Assembly: GCA_028023455.1 (NCBI GenBank)
Contig: JAQFVV010000005.1
Span: forward strand, 11,594,001-11,658,000
Origin: Epiperipatus broadwayi
Taxonomy: Eukaryota; Animalia; Onychophora
Length of the DNA stretch: 64,000 nt
Reading direction: 5' to 3'
Part shown: piece by piece, positions 1 through 11,196 of the stretch
How positions within the stretch are numbered: the stretch's first letter is position 1
How the letters are laid out: each line of letters begins with the position of its first letter
Made by a program: the position numbers and the translations under genes
Notes under the pieces: model-generated
Database searches by the model: none
Told to the model about the DNA's origin: nothing
What the model saw: only the letters and a program-made list of their open reading frames with translations

Positions 1-827
1 CTGAATCCATCCAATGCAAAATTATACTTCTGGTTTCTTTTTTTTTGTAACCTAAAAAGAAATGAAGATTTTTTAAAGTTATTAATTTAATTTATTTGAT
101 AGATGCAAATTAATATTTCTAGATCCTTCTTTATTGTAAATTGCAGTAAACTTCAAATAATCAACACTCAATGACAAAGAGTCAAGTACAAATTAAAAAT
201 ACTTGTAGTTTAACATGATTGTGAATTTTTTATTGACGATAAATGGTACTTAAAAAATCATTTGGTTTGTCTTTAAAATAGTACATAAATTTATTTAAAA
301 AATTCACATGGAAACAGTATCTCTATTAAATTATTAAAAAGTTATTTGTTAGGAGGACATAATATAGTTTTAAAAAAATGTCTAAAGTATTTGATAGTTG
401 TTTTTGAACAACAAAATATCAAGACAAAATATTTCATGAAAAAGAGAAAATGTTGGTAATGTTCGAGGAATTAAGCATGTACTCATTAATTGCCTCTCAG
501 AAGTTGATCATGCTAGGCTGAGAATAAAAACAGTCATATAATTAAAAGTTAAAGACAAGTTTTATCATAATTGTAAATCTCATTGAATCATCAATATACA
601 CATTTTCATTACTTGCTAATTCTTTATTTTGTTAATTATACACAAGGAAAAAAATCTAATAGATCTTTATGAGGAGAAGATGGCCTTAAAATATATCAAT
701 TAATAAATTTGTCAATTAAAAGTAGGTATTATTTACTTTTTAATGTTTCTTTAAATGAATAAAATATTTATCCAATTCAAAAAATATATGAATTCAAAGC
801 TGTGGAAACAAATTAAAATTTCGTAAA

Positions 828-2162
828 ATGATTTTCTCTGAAGAAAACAGTTTCCAATGTAGGCTATGTAATTACAAGGCAGACATAAAATCTCAATTAG
901 AGATTCATGGAAGAATACATAAAGATGAAAAACCATTTCAGTGGCTCTTCTGTGATTACAAGTCTGGGGTAAAACATAGGTTAAATGAGCATGAAAAAAC
1001 CCATACTGAAGAAAAATCTTTACCCTCTGTTTTCTGTGATTACAAGGCTGTCACAAAAAGTAACCTAAATATACATTTAAAAGCACATACTGAAGAAAAG
1101 CCGTTCCATTGCAAGTTATGTGATTATAAAACTGTGTGCAAATTTAGTTTAAAAGTACATGAGAGACTTCATACAGGTGAAAAACCTTTTCATTGTAGTA
1201 TGTGTGGTTATAAAAGTGCCACAAAAACTTACTTAAAAATACATGAGAAAAGTCACAGACAAGAAAATTTTTTTAATTGTACTTTATGTATGTACAAGAC
1301 TACTATAAAAAGTAGTATACTCAGGCATGAAAAAACACATACTGGTAAAAGACCATTCCATTGCAACTTTTGCAATTATAAAAGTGGGCAGAAAGGTAAA
1401 TTAAAATTGCATCAAAGATTACATACAGGAGCGAAACCTTTCCAGTGTTCTATATGTGATTATAGGACTGCTACAAAAAGATGTCTTAATAGGCATGAAA
1501 TATTACATATTGGAGGAAAGCCTTTCCTCTGTAGTTTATGCAATTTTCAAACTGCTGTGAAAAGTAGATTAAAAATACATGAATCTAAACATACAGGAGA
1601 AAAACCTTTTCAGTGCAATTTTTGTGATTACAAGGCTGCTGTTAAAAGCAGGTTAAATGTTCATGAAAAAACGCATACTACTAAAAAATATTTTCAATAC
1701 AGAGTAACTGTTCAAGATTCTTATAGACATAAGCTTTTTTCTTGCAGCTTCTGTGATTACAAGAATGCAACAAAACGTTATTTAAAAGTTCATGAAAAAA
1801 TACATTCACAGGAAAATTTTTTCCATTGTAATTTATGTAACTACAAAACTGTTATCAGAGGTAATTTTAAGAAGCATGAAGGAACACATATTGGCCTGGA
1901 AGCTTTCCAGTGTAGTATGTGTGATTATAAAGCAACTTGTCGAAGTAGTTTAGTAAATCACCAAAAATATTCACATCTGAAAAATTCTCTGATATTTTAT
2001 CAAAATAAGGAAAAAAACTATATTCTGAACATGCTTTATAATATTGAAATTTTTAAATGTCATTTGTGTGATTACAAAAGCTCAGATAAAACTTTTTGGG
2101 AAAGTCATGAAGCAAGTCATTTTATAGATTTTGTTACAATTGAGATTCTTGTTCAATTATAA
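828..2162 (+). CDS. Poly-C2H2 zinc-finger protein, 444 aa, 14 fingers (fingers 2 and 3 have lost the first Cys)
   Basis: Repeated F-x-C-x2-C-D/N-Y-K...L-x2-H-x3-H with TGEKPF linkers. No effector domain is visible in the ORF, so an upstream exon cannot be excluded. Confidence 0.9.
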   Translation: MIFSEENSFQCRLCNYKADIKSQLEIHGRIHKDEKPFQWLFCDYKSGVKHRLNEHEKTHTEEKSLPSVFCDYKAVTKSNLNIHLKAHTEEKPFHCKLCDYKTVCKFSLKVHERLHTGEKPFHCSMCGYKSATKTYLKIHEKSHRQENFFNCTLCMYKTTIKSSILRHEKTHTGKRPFHCNFCNYKSGQKGKLKLHQRLHTGAKPFQCSICDYRTATKRCLNRHEILHIGGKPFLCSLCNFQTAVKSRLKIHESKHTGEKPFQCNFCDYKAAVKSRLNVHEKTHTTKKYFQYRVTVQDSYRHKLFSCSFCDYKNATKRYLKVHEKIHSQENFFHCNLCNYKTVIRGNFKKHEGTHIGLEAFQCSMCDYKATCRSSLVNHQKYSHLKNSLIFYQNKEKNYILNMLYNIEIFKCHLCDYKSSDKTFWESHEASHFIDFVTIEILVQL

Positions 2163-2975
2163 TTTGTTTTATTTTTATGCAAAATTCTTCAGTTTTATAG
2201 AATTTTGCATCACTTGAGATTTAATATGTAAGTGTATCTACTGATTGATTGAAAAGCAATTTTGATGGATGGTTTTAATTTTTATGATAGAATATAATTG
2301 TTAAGATACATATGTGAGAAATAAATGATACTTTTTATATAGAAATTATTGGTGTTACTCAAATTTATTAAATTTGGATTTATAAAAAGGCACTTGTGTT
2401 TTTATAGAATGTTCTTTGTAAGGTGAGAAGATTTGCCTACTTTTATTGAAAATTATACAGTTGTTGCAAATTACAATTCATTTCTTAAAGAGATAACATG
2501 AAATCACTTTAAAATAAAAGGCACATTCATATTTGACATAATAAATGGAAAAGAAGATATGTCTAAAGGGAGATTTTTAATAGTTTCTGAAATTTTTTTT
2601 AACGTCTTGATGAAATGATAATTCAAACTAAGCTTTTCTGACATTTATTAAGATTAAACAATTACTAAAAAAATATTAACTTCTATATACTGCATAAAGT
2701 ATGGAATTTGAATCTTTATTCTTTCTTGTTATTGTGCATAATGAAAATGCTTTATATAATTGTAAATTATACGTTTTTATGTATGTATAAATATTAGGAA
2801 AAAAATAAAACTGTTTCAGTTATGTTTGATAACTATTATGTTTGAATTATTTAATAATAAAGTTTATGTATTGATTTTGATTGATTGAAAAGCAATTTTG
2901 ATGAATGATTTTAATGATTCAATATAATTGTTAAGATGCTTATGTGGGAAATAAATGATATTTTTTATAATAAAG

Positions 2976-5900
2976 TGTACCGGTCAAAACATGTTTATCC
3001 ATCTAACATGAGCTGGAACTCACAAAATGTACTTCAAACCCAGTCAAGCTTAGGTCAGGGACCAGCCTGAATTCGAACCCACTCTCTAAGCCCCAGATCA
3101 AACACCTAATGAATAACATAATAGTGATGGCACATGAGAATTAATCTTAATCCGGCCGAATAGGAGAACAGAGAAGACAATGAGACATCAATTGACTATG
3201 ACTAAACTAACATATATATCAACTAGGCTGTACATTTGGAAGTAAAGAAAAAGAAGGAATTCAAACTACTCAAATAAGTTAGACAATAAAATATTTTAAT
3301 ATACTGACAAATTATTATACATTGATAAATTAATGATATACATTAGTGTGTCCGTGAATGAGCAAGCGATTACATAGTGTCATTCACGCTATTAGTTCTC
3401 ATATGCTCTTTATTAGCTAAATAATATATTACAAATAAACACATCTTTGGTGGGTCCAATATTAAAATGCCAATCGAATATTAGAAAGAATTATGATAAT
3501 ACTGCCATTCACGCTTTGGATTACGGTTCTGAAACATGGTGACTAAACATTATTTAGGGAAGCGTTCTGAGATTCATTATGCATATAAGATAAATTATTT
3601 TCACGCCATTACGGTTGTGAAACTCAATAAAATACATTTGAAAACATTTGATTATATTTGAATCTATGACAAAATATTTAATGACAAATTATTTTAATAA
3701 TAGTAAGACGAACGCTTTATTTTTCCCAAGGCATAAAGATATTCTTAAATAGATATATAAATTATGACGGTGAGATTGTATATGATTGAAATAATCTTAA
3801 TTAATAAAATAGAAGTAGTTGGCATTTATTTATATTTTAAGCAAAGCTTAATTTTAATATTAGAGCATTAAAACTGGGCCATGAAGCAAAAGAAATAATA
3901 ATAATACGAAGAAGTTTGCGGTGCTGACATAATAGTCTAAAAATAACTAAGAGGAAAAGGTCATGCTTCTGGATGAAAAATGAAATGGATGGGCATAGCG
4001 TGTGCCAAACTTAGGGGATCACCGCCAGTGGCCTTTTTATACGAAGAAATGGATGGGCATAGCGTGTGCCAGACTTATGGGATCACCACCAGTGGCCTTT
4101 TTATACGAAGAAAGAATATGCATAGCGTGTGCCAGACTTAGGGGAACACCGCCAGAGGCATTTTTATACGAAGACTTGAGAAGAAATCTATGGGTTTGAA
4201 TTTGTTGTAACCCCCAGATTAAGAAGCACATATATATAATCACGAAGATCGGCTATATGTCAGGAACGCAGTACAAATGATAAATGTCTCTAACAATATT
4301 GAATAAATTTTTATAGCTTTGACCCTTGTTTGAATACTATAATACGCCATGCAATTATAATATATATATATAGAAAGAATATTTCATTTAATAAAATATA
4401 CGTTAAGATTTGATTTAGTAACAGAAACATTAAGATTCACCCCCATCCCTTTTCTGATATTTAAAATAAAACAATCCCATCTTCGTTGATTTTACAATAA
4501 CTGAAATATTTAAATGCAAGATTTGAAATTTTAAGAGTATGAAAAATAAAGTAAGATTAGCAGTTATATAGAAAACAAATTATAAGTCACTCTTTCAGAA
4601 TTTAATAAATAATTATAAAATAAATGTTCCAGAGCGTTAATTAGCTTGAGTTCTGGATTTTTACTGGGTAGAAAATACAGAGTTAAACAAATATATATAT
4701 ATTTTTATATTAGAAACGAACCTAAAATGTTGATTCATAAAACAATCTGGCAAACGTATTAATTTACAATGCATTATATATGTATATTTAAAGGGGACAT
4801 TAATAAACTTGATTCATGAAGGCTTATTTAAAAAGAAGAAAGAATTTTTAGAAAATTCAATTCGTCAGATTGTTTTAGATTGACATATTAATAAGCAAGC
4901 AGATATATAAATCAAATAATAAATATATATAAATAAATGACCGCACCAAAATTAAAAAATTAAGAGCATATGAGATAGGATTAGATATAAAGAAATTATT
5001 TGAGAGCAAAATTACATTCACAGATATATATATAAAGGCAAAGTTAAAGAATACATGATAAGAAATCTTGATAGATTATTTAGACTAAATTGACTATTAG
5101 GTGGTGGCTTGGAAATTTACCTTGCAATTTTAAGAATCCATTTTAAAGTATGGTACGTGCACGGCGAATTGAGGATCCAAAATGAAGTCTCCTTGGTGAC
5201 AGCAAACTTTTATTAGCATTCTAAAGTTCTTTTAGACCTCTTCATTTCAGGGCAGCAGGATAATATGGTAGCGGCAGAGGCCGCTGAAGAATGGTGGATT
5301 TACTGCTACATCATTTTAAGTTTCAATCAAAACGAAATATGTTTATAATACCTCTCTCTAAATGTAGCTCCTCCTCTGTGATTCAAAATTCAGTCATTTT
5401 ATACTTTTTCTTTTATCAGTTGTTTTTGAAGATGCAATTGTAAGATAATGTCCAAAAATAAATTCAAATCTATTTTCAGATTAGAAATAGATTTGACAAC
5501 ATGTTTTTAACACAAGTAAATCTTTAATCTACTTAATCCCATTTATTTTAAGTAAAACTTTAATTAAAAAATACCTACTTTAGATTAAAACAATAGTGCT
5601 TCCAGCCCCTAATTATTTTTAGACAATTAATAACACTTGCATCTTCCATATTGGATTTTATAAAAATATATAGTTTAATAGAAAAACAAGCAATTTAAAA
5701 AGAAAAAGTTAAAAATGACATATAAGAAATATTTAAAACATCAATATTTTGTTAGTAAGTTTTGCTCCTATGTATATATTTGAGCCGTATCTATAATACT
5801 TTAATAAAAAAGAACTAATAATTAATAAAAAGAATTAATAATAATTTTAAAACATGTTATTGAAACATTAAATTTTATAATTTAGGCGCACATCTCAAAC

Positions 5901-6015
5901 ATATACATTAAAATATATACATGACAAAAAGGAGCGGGATGGGAAATAGGGGTTTGGACACGGGTTAGTAGGTAGAAACATGAAGCACAATCTTAAGCTA
6001 AGATTAACTGCTTCA
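2976..6015. mobile_element. 3040-bp insertion with TG...CA ends and 4-bp TSD (AAAG); LTR-derived or solo-LTR-like
   Basis: AAAG at 2972-2975 and 6016-6019. The paralogous empty site at ~43875 reads TAAT-GAAG-ATTATTATGAT. No internal LTR pair or pol ORF seen. Confidence 0.6.
3982..4173. repeat. Three tandem copies of a 63-64 bp GC-richer unit
   Basis: Unit starts at 3982, 4046 and 4110; each contains GCATAGCGTGTGCC...CACC(G/A)CCAG...TTTTTATACGAAG. Confidence 0.9.
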
Positions 6016-9000
6016 AAAGATTATTATGATTTTCAAACTTATTAAATTTGGATTTATAAAAAACACATCTTGTAATGTAAGATTTTCATACTTTTATTGA
6101 AAATTATACAGATGTTGCAAATTGCAATTAATTACTTAAGAACATGGCTGCAAAAATAGCAACTTGAAATCATTTTGAAATAAAAGATACATTCCTTTTA
6201 TATTACATAATTGATGGGAAAAACTATATATGAAGGAAAATTTTTAAGAGTTTCTGATTTTTTTTTTAATGTCTTAATGTTGAGTCCACTTACATTTAAT
6301 AAGATTAAACAATTACAAAAAATAACTTTCATGCGCATTCATAATACTGTATAAATTACGAAATTTGAATCTCTTTTTGTTTTTCAATAAAATGAAATTA
6401 TTTTATTTCTTACATTTGAAAATTTATATAATTGTAAATCTATAATTTTGTATGAATAGATAAATATTAGGAAAAAAAATAAAACTGAATTTCATTTAGG
6501 TTTAATGTAGTCATAATAAGAATTATTACATCTGAATCATTTCAGATTCTGTTGGATCTATTTTTTTTTATTTTCTTTTTTACACACAAGCAGGTGTGCA
6601 CATATGTATGCATGAATGTAAATAGAACTTTGATTGTTCAAGTATTGTTGTGCACTTATTATTAATACATAACAATATTTGAACAATCTATGTTCTACTT
6701 ATATGTGCGCATGCATATATGTACACAAATACATCTATATTTTATCTTAATGAATACCATATCACTATTTACAACTTATTTATAGTTATCTTTCATTCTC
6801 TTTTAGATATTTTAATTTTGTTTAATATTTCTATTGAAAGGAAACAACAAATTAAATGACTTTTTAAAATAAATAAATCAATCTGATTTTTTATAAAAAT
6901 CTAATGATATTATGACATTCCAAGGGCATGATAAATAAAAATATCACAAATAAGTTTTTGCATCTGTACTATGATATTTTGATGATTTGGTTAAATATAA
7001 ATAAGAATTCCATTAGATTATATAAAAAACAAGTTCATTGATTTGGTCTACTCATCATAATATTTTTAAAAATATATATTTCATTGTTTTTTTGGTTATT
7101 ATAATTTCAGTCTCACATCCTTGCAGATCTATTGTGTGTGTGTTTGTGTATATAATGCAAAATCTTTATTTTTAAATAAATAGTCCACTATAGGACAAAA
7201 GTGAAAATGTTCTGGAGGAACTAAAAGATTTGCCAGTGTATAATAATTATCTTCTGTATATAAATTGCTGGATATCTTTTATTGATCACTGTTGGATGAT
7301 AATATGGTTTGATCATGAATCATCTACCTAGAAAATACTTATTCATGAAAAAATTCTAGCTCACATTTAAATCCTATGTCAGATATAGCAGATGGGATCA
7401 TTTCATCTGTTCTTAGGCCTTATTAATGTGCATCAAAATATTAACATATTTTAACATAATTAAGAAGCATGATTTTAATTGTACTGAAAATTTTTTTTAT
7501 CAGTAGCCTCCCATATGAAGAGAGTCCTTTAAGTTATGTTTTCTCACCCGCATACCCGTTGCAAATAAGAATTTTAGTGATGCCAACACTTTGGAATTTT
7601 TGTTCTGTAAAACCTTTTTTTATTTATATTGTATTAATTTTATTTAAAAAATAAATACAATAATTTAAAAATGGAATATATGAAATTATTAGAAAAAGAT
7701 TCAAGGAACAAAAATCATGTATTTGTTTGCCATGCCTATGACCTGAATTCAAATTTAGTTTGGATTGAGCACAGTATTTTTTCCATTTGTAATCACACAA
7801 TTTGCTTTCAGATAGCTGGATCAAAATTATTGCAGCTATTCATCCAATATTGGTCCCTAATTGAAAAACTGTTTTTTTTTTTCATTGTCACTCTATAAGA
7901 TTTTAGTAGATAGACTGTGGTTTTGTTGTGAACTATTTAACATCCCCAATGAAAAATAGAACTGGAGTTAATATTATTTTAAAAATACTTTGAGGACATT
8001 TTTGTCTTCATTGGATTTTTTTATTAAAAAATATTCAAAGAATATCATCTTTCTATCAATAATTTTATTAAAAATATTATTCTATAAAGTCATGCATAAT
8101 ACCAACTATGTCTTTATTTTGCTCTTGATATTATCAAAGTAGTCTGGGGATTTTGTTGCTGCTGATGTGAAAAAACCATGAGAATATTCTATATTTAAAC
8201 TTATATAATTGCTTTATACTGGCTTATACATTCTCTCCAGATTCAAGGGTATATATTGTTGATAATATTTATTTCTCATTACATTGAATACTTTTCATAC
8301 TTACGTCATATTGGAAAGAAATCCAGAGTAATAAAATACATGTGAGAGCTTTCGTGTATTCATAGTTAATAATATGTTTTCTTTCTGAATTTAAATTTAT
8401 TATTTAAATATGTGATAATGGTATTGTTTTAATCATATTAAAATTATAATCAAATATAATTGTTATGCTTTGTTGTATCAATAAAATCTTTGATTAATAA
8501 ATGTAGGCTTTGTAGCTATATCATCATCTGCATTATCAGAAAATATAAATTACTTAAATGTTACATTGTTTAAAATATAAGAGTACAATAATACTTAGAA
8601 TTACTTCATAAAAGTTTGTTATTTGTTGATAAAGTAACACCCATTGTTAAGATTATTTTAGTTTGCACTATTAGAGATCCTTTGCTATGATATAAGACTT
8701 TATTCATCGCATTAAGAGTGTGATTCTAAATTGTCGAAAAGATTAATCATGTTGAATATAAGAATCTCATTATTAGAAAATTGGATATCTCATTTTTCAC
8801 TGGGATACATTCACTTATATGATAGGAATTTGAGATGAGAGTATAATTAGATTTATTTGTGAAGCTTTAGTAATAACCTGAGATTTGTGTGATCTTGCTG
8901 AACAAATTTATTTAGCACTAGTTATCATATGGTTACAATATATATATATATATTAAAGAATAAATAAAGATGTGGGTAGAAGCTTCTAATGTTGATATAC

Positions 9001-9308
9001 TAGAATACTGCAGGAATAGAATGCAGAAAAACTTTTTTATTGGAAATTGCATCGGCTCATTTGCATGTAAAGTTCATTTTATGCAAATTGGCAAAGCTGA
9101 TAAAGTCTTCAGAAGAATTAAATTGGGAAGAACTAGTGAAAAGATAAAATAATGAAAATGAAGTTGTTCTGGAAAGTTAGTAAAAGCATCAAATCATCAC
9201 ATGATGACTATTTCATATGCTTACACAGATTTAATAACAATAGTAAACTCTCCGTAATCAATGAATGCAAGAAGGTTTGTGAGTAAAATCCCTATTTAGT
9301 GGCTACTC

Positions 9309-9367
9309 ATCCAATATCACCAAACTAGTTTCTAGCTTACGACTTTCATCAGTGAGAAATCTTGGAT
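9309..9367 (-). ncRNA. Type I hammerhead motif, family 1 (core intact, UU cleavage site)
   Basis: Minus strand: AUCCAA-GAU-UUCUCA-CUGAUGA-AAGU-CGUAA-GCUA-GAAA-CUAG-UU-UGGUGA-UA-UUGGAU. Confidence 0.65.
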
Positions 9368-9442
9368 TTGAGAGCACTGCAACTAGATCTTGGACTATAA
9401 CGCAACCCTCCAGAAGCTGACTTTTAGGTGCAATTCTCTCAA

Positions 9443-9500
9443 ATCCAAGGCTTCTCACTGATAAAAGCCACAAGCTAAAAACTTGTCTGGTAATATTGGG
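9443..9500 (+). ncRNA. Type I hammerhead motif, family 1, core mutated (CUGAUAA, AAAA)
   Basis: Aligns to the family consensus. G8>A and G12>A predict inactivity. Confidence 0.55.
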
Positions 9501-9871
9501 TGGGTAGGTAGTAGATAGAGATTTTATGCACAAATTTTCTTGCAACCATTGATTATGAAGGCTTGCATTTAGTGGTATTACTAATACACACAAAAAGTTG
9601 GCTACTACTATTAATAGCCTGTAAGCATATGAAATGATGATCCTGTGATGTTTTGATGGTTTTATACCTAACCTGCCCATGGAATAAAAGGGACTGGATT
9701 TTGGAAAACTAAAGACACCAAAATGCATAAATGGTGAATTGAATTCAGATCTATATGCCTGTACAAGCAAATGAGCTTGGATTGAAAACCATTTTTGTGT
9801 TTTCATCATGGGCTCCTAGCTTCATAGTTAAGATTGCAGCAGATCTTAAGATTTATGTGCAGTGCTCTCAA

Positions 9872-9930
9872 ATCCAAGGCTTCTCACTGATGAAAAGTAC
9901 AAGCTAGAAATTAGTCTGAGAATATTGGAT
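9872..9930 (+). ncRNA. Type I hammerhead motif, family 1 (best-preserved copy; predicted cut after C9916)
   Basis: AUCCAA-GGC-UUCUCA-CUGAUGA-AAAGUACAAGCUA-GAAA-UUAG-UC-UGAGAA-UA-UUGGAU. Two perfect 6-bp stem I segments (9881-86/9917-22 and 9872-77/9925-30). Confidence 0.75.
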
Positions 9931-10011
9931 GAGTAGGCAATAGATAGGGATTTTATGCACATACATTCATCCATTGATTACTCAAAGTCTTGCACTTGGT
10001 AGCAATACTGT

Positions 10012-11196
10012 TGTACCATTTATTTATACGGTACAAATATATTAGCATCCGGTAAGATATTTAAAAGCTAAAAAAAAAAGTAAATTTAGCGATCTTTTAA
10101 AAGAAAAACATTTTTCGATTTTTTCTGATTAGTATAATTTATTTTTTAAAAAAATAACGTACAATGAAAGTTAAAATTGTCGTTCGTATTTTTTTTATGT
10201 AATTAAAAATAAAAGTTAAATTGGAAAGAATAAATGACATACAGATTACTGATCCAGATAAAGTAAAAAAATTCCAAAAGTAAAAAGATTACAATTAGAA
10301 AAATCTTTTTAATAATTAAAGATGGCAGAATTATGGTTAAAAAAAATAATAACTTTGTAACTTAAATTTAAGAGAAAGTGTAGAAGATTATTATCCTATA
10401 TGCTGATAAAAGAACGAACAAAAGATATGCGCAGAAGTTTCAAAACTAGATCGGGGTATAAAAGGAGGAGGACAACCTCGATCTAGGTCTGCTCTATACC
10501 TTCTAGTTACGTGTCTGAAAGCTGGAGGTTTCCGCGAGCATACCTGTGGCAGTAATAGACGTCCGCACAGGTATGCCACTTGCAATACCTAGTCGTCAAG
10601 CAAGCAATGGAGACGGGCCTTGTGAAGACCGCTTTTCGCGATAAAAGGGTCACGACAACCATGCCTTTTCTCCGCGAGCATAACCTGTGGCAGGAATATA
10701 CGTCTACACAGGTACGCCACTTGCAGTACCCAGTCGTCAAGCAAGCAATGGAAACGGGCCCTGTGAAGACCGCTTTTTGCAATAAAAGGGTCACGACAGC
10801 CATGCCTTTTCTCCGGTTATAGAACGGAACAATAATGGAAGATGCCGGCAGGAGAGACCGATGGAAATTTTTAGGAGCTCAGAATCCCAAAAACACACAC
10901 CAACTTACCGGTAAGTTAAGAGTAACTTTTCCTAATTGTGACAATGTTTGCAAACAATTATAAAAATTGATATCAAAATAATCCCGATCAAGACTTCAAA
11001 ATTTATTCTTCAAGAGACTCTTGTGTACCTAAGAACTACAATCATTGAACTGTTTTATTATTATTAATTAATTCATATCTAGATTAGTGTGTGTGTCATC
11101 TTTCCAATTAATTAAATCATAATGTTTTTTGTTTTTTTTATTATTTATATTTTAATTTGTTAAAATAAAAATCTTGATTTCTAATACCCCTATTCA
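10012..11196 (+). mobile_element. LTR-like insertion (solo LTR candidate)
   Basis: Starts TGTACC, interrupting the family-1 repeat. TATAAAA at ~10457, AATAAA at ~11164, possible CA end at 11196. CTGT/TTGT near-TSD. The right boundary is uncertain because family-1 sequence does not resume. Confidence 0.4.
10531..10815. repeat. Two tandem 140-141 bp units inside the LTR-like insert
   Basis: TCCGCGAGCA at 10531 and 10671; TCCG at 10812. Confidence 0.9.

Larger units (their letters stand above)
1..8087 (+). repeat. Segmental duplication block, copy 1 (ZF gene plus flanks; runs off the window start)
   Basis: Colinear with 39601-45517: CTGAATCCATCCAATGCAAA at 1 vs GAATCCATCCAATGCAAA at ~39606, and AAAATATTATTCTATAA at ~8070 vs ~45500. 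Similarity stops beyond that point. Confidence 0.9.
9187..10011. mobile_element. Retrozyme-like family 1 insertion: minus-strand arm (9187-~9410) head-to-head with ~1.4 plus-strand monomers
   Basis: Inverted arms 9187-9381 and 9429-9658. Plus-strand hammerhead cores at 9458 and 9887 are 429 nt apart. Truncated at 10012 by an LTR-like insert. Confidence 0.75.

Noticed and set aside
780-830. N-terminal effector domain (KRAB, ZAD, SCAN, BTB) or a named ortholog for the ZF genes; host species identity
   Set aside because: Nothing recognisable upstream apart from a degenerate finger-like stretch. Gene symbol and species cannot be assigned without a search.
751-936. Short antisense and AT-rich ORFs throughout (e.g. 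751-936, 40465-40716, 29612-29794)
   Set aside because: Shadows of real ORFs, or low-complexity F/I/L/K/N-rich chance frames.
9303-9809. 168-aa minus-strand ORF
   Set aside because: Spans the inversion junction of a non-coding repeat; no recognisable domain.
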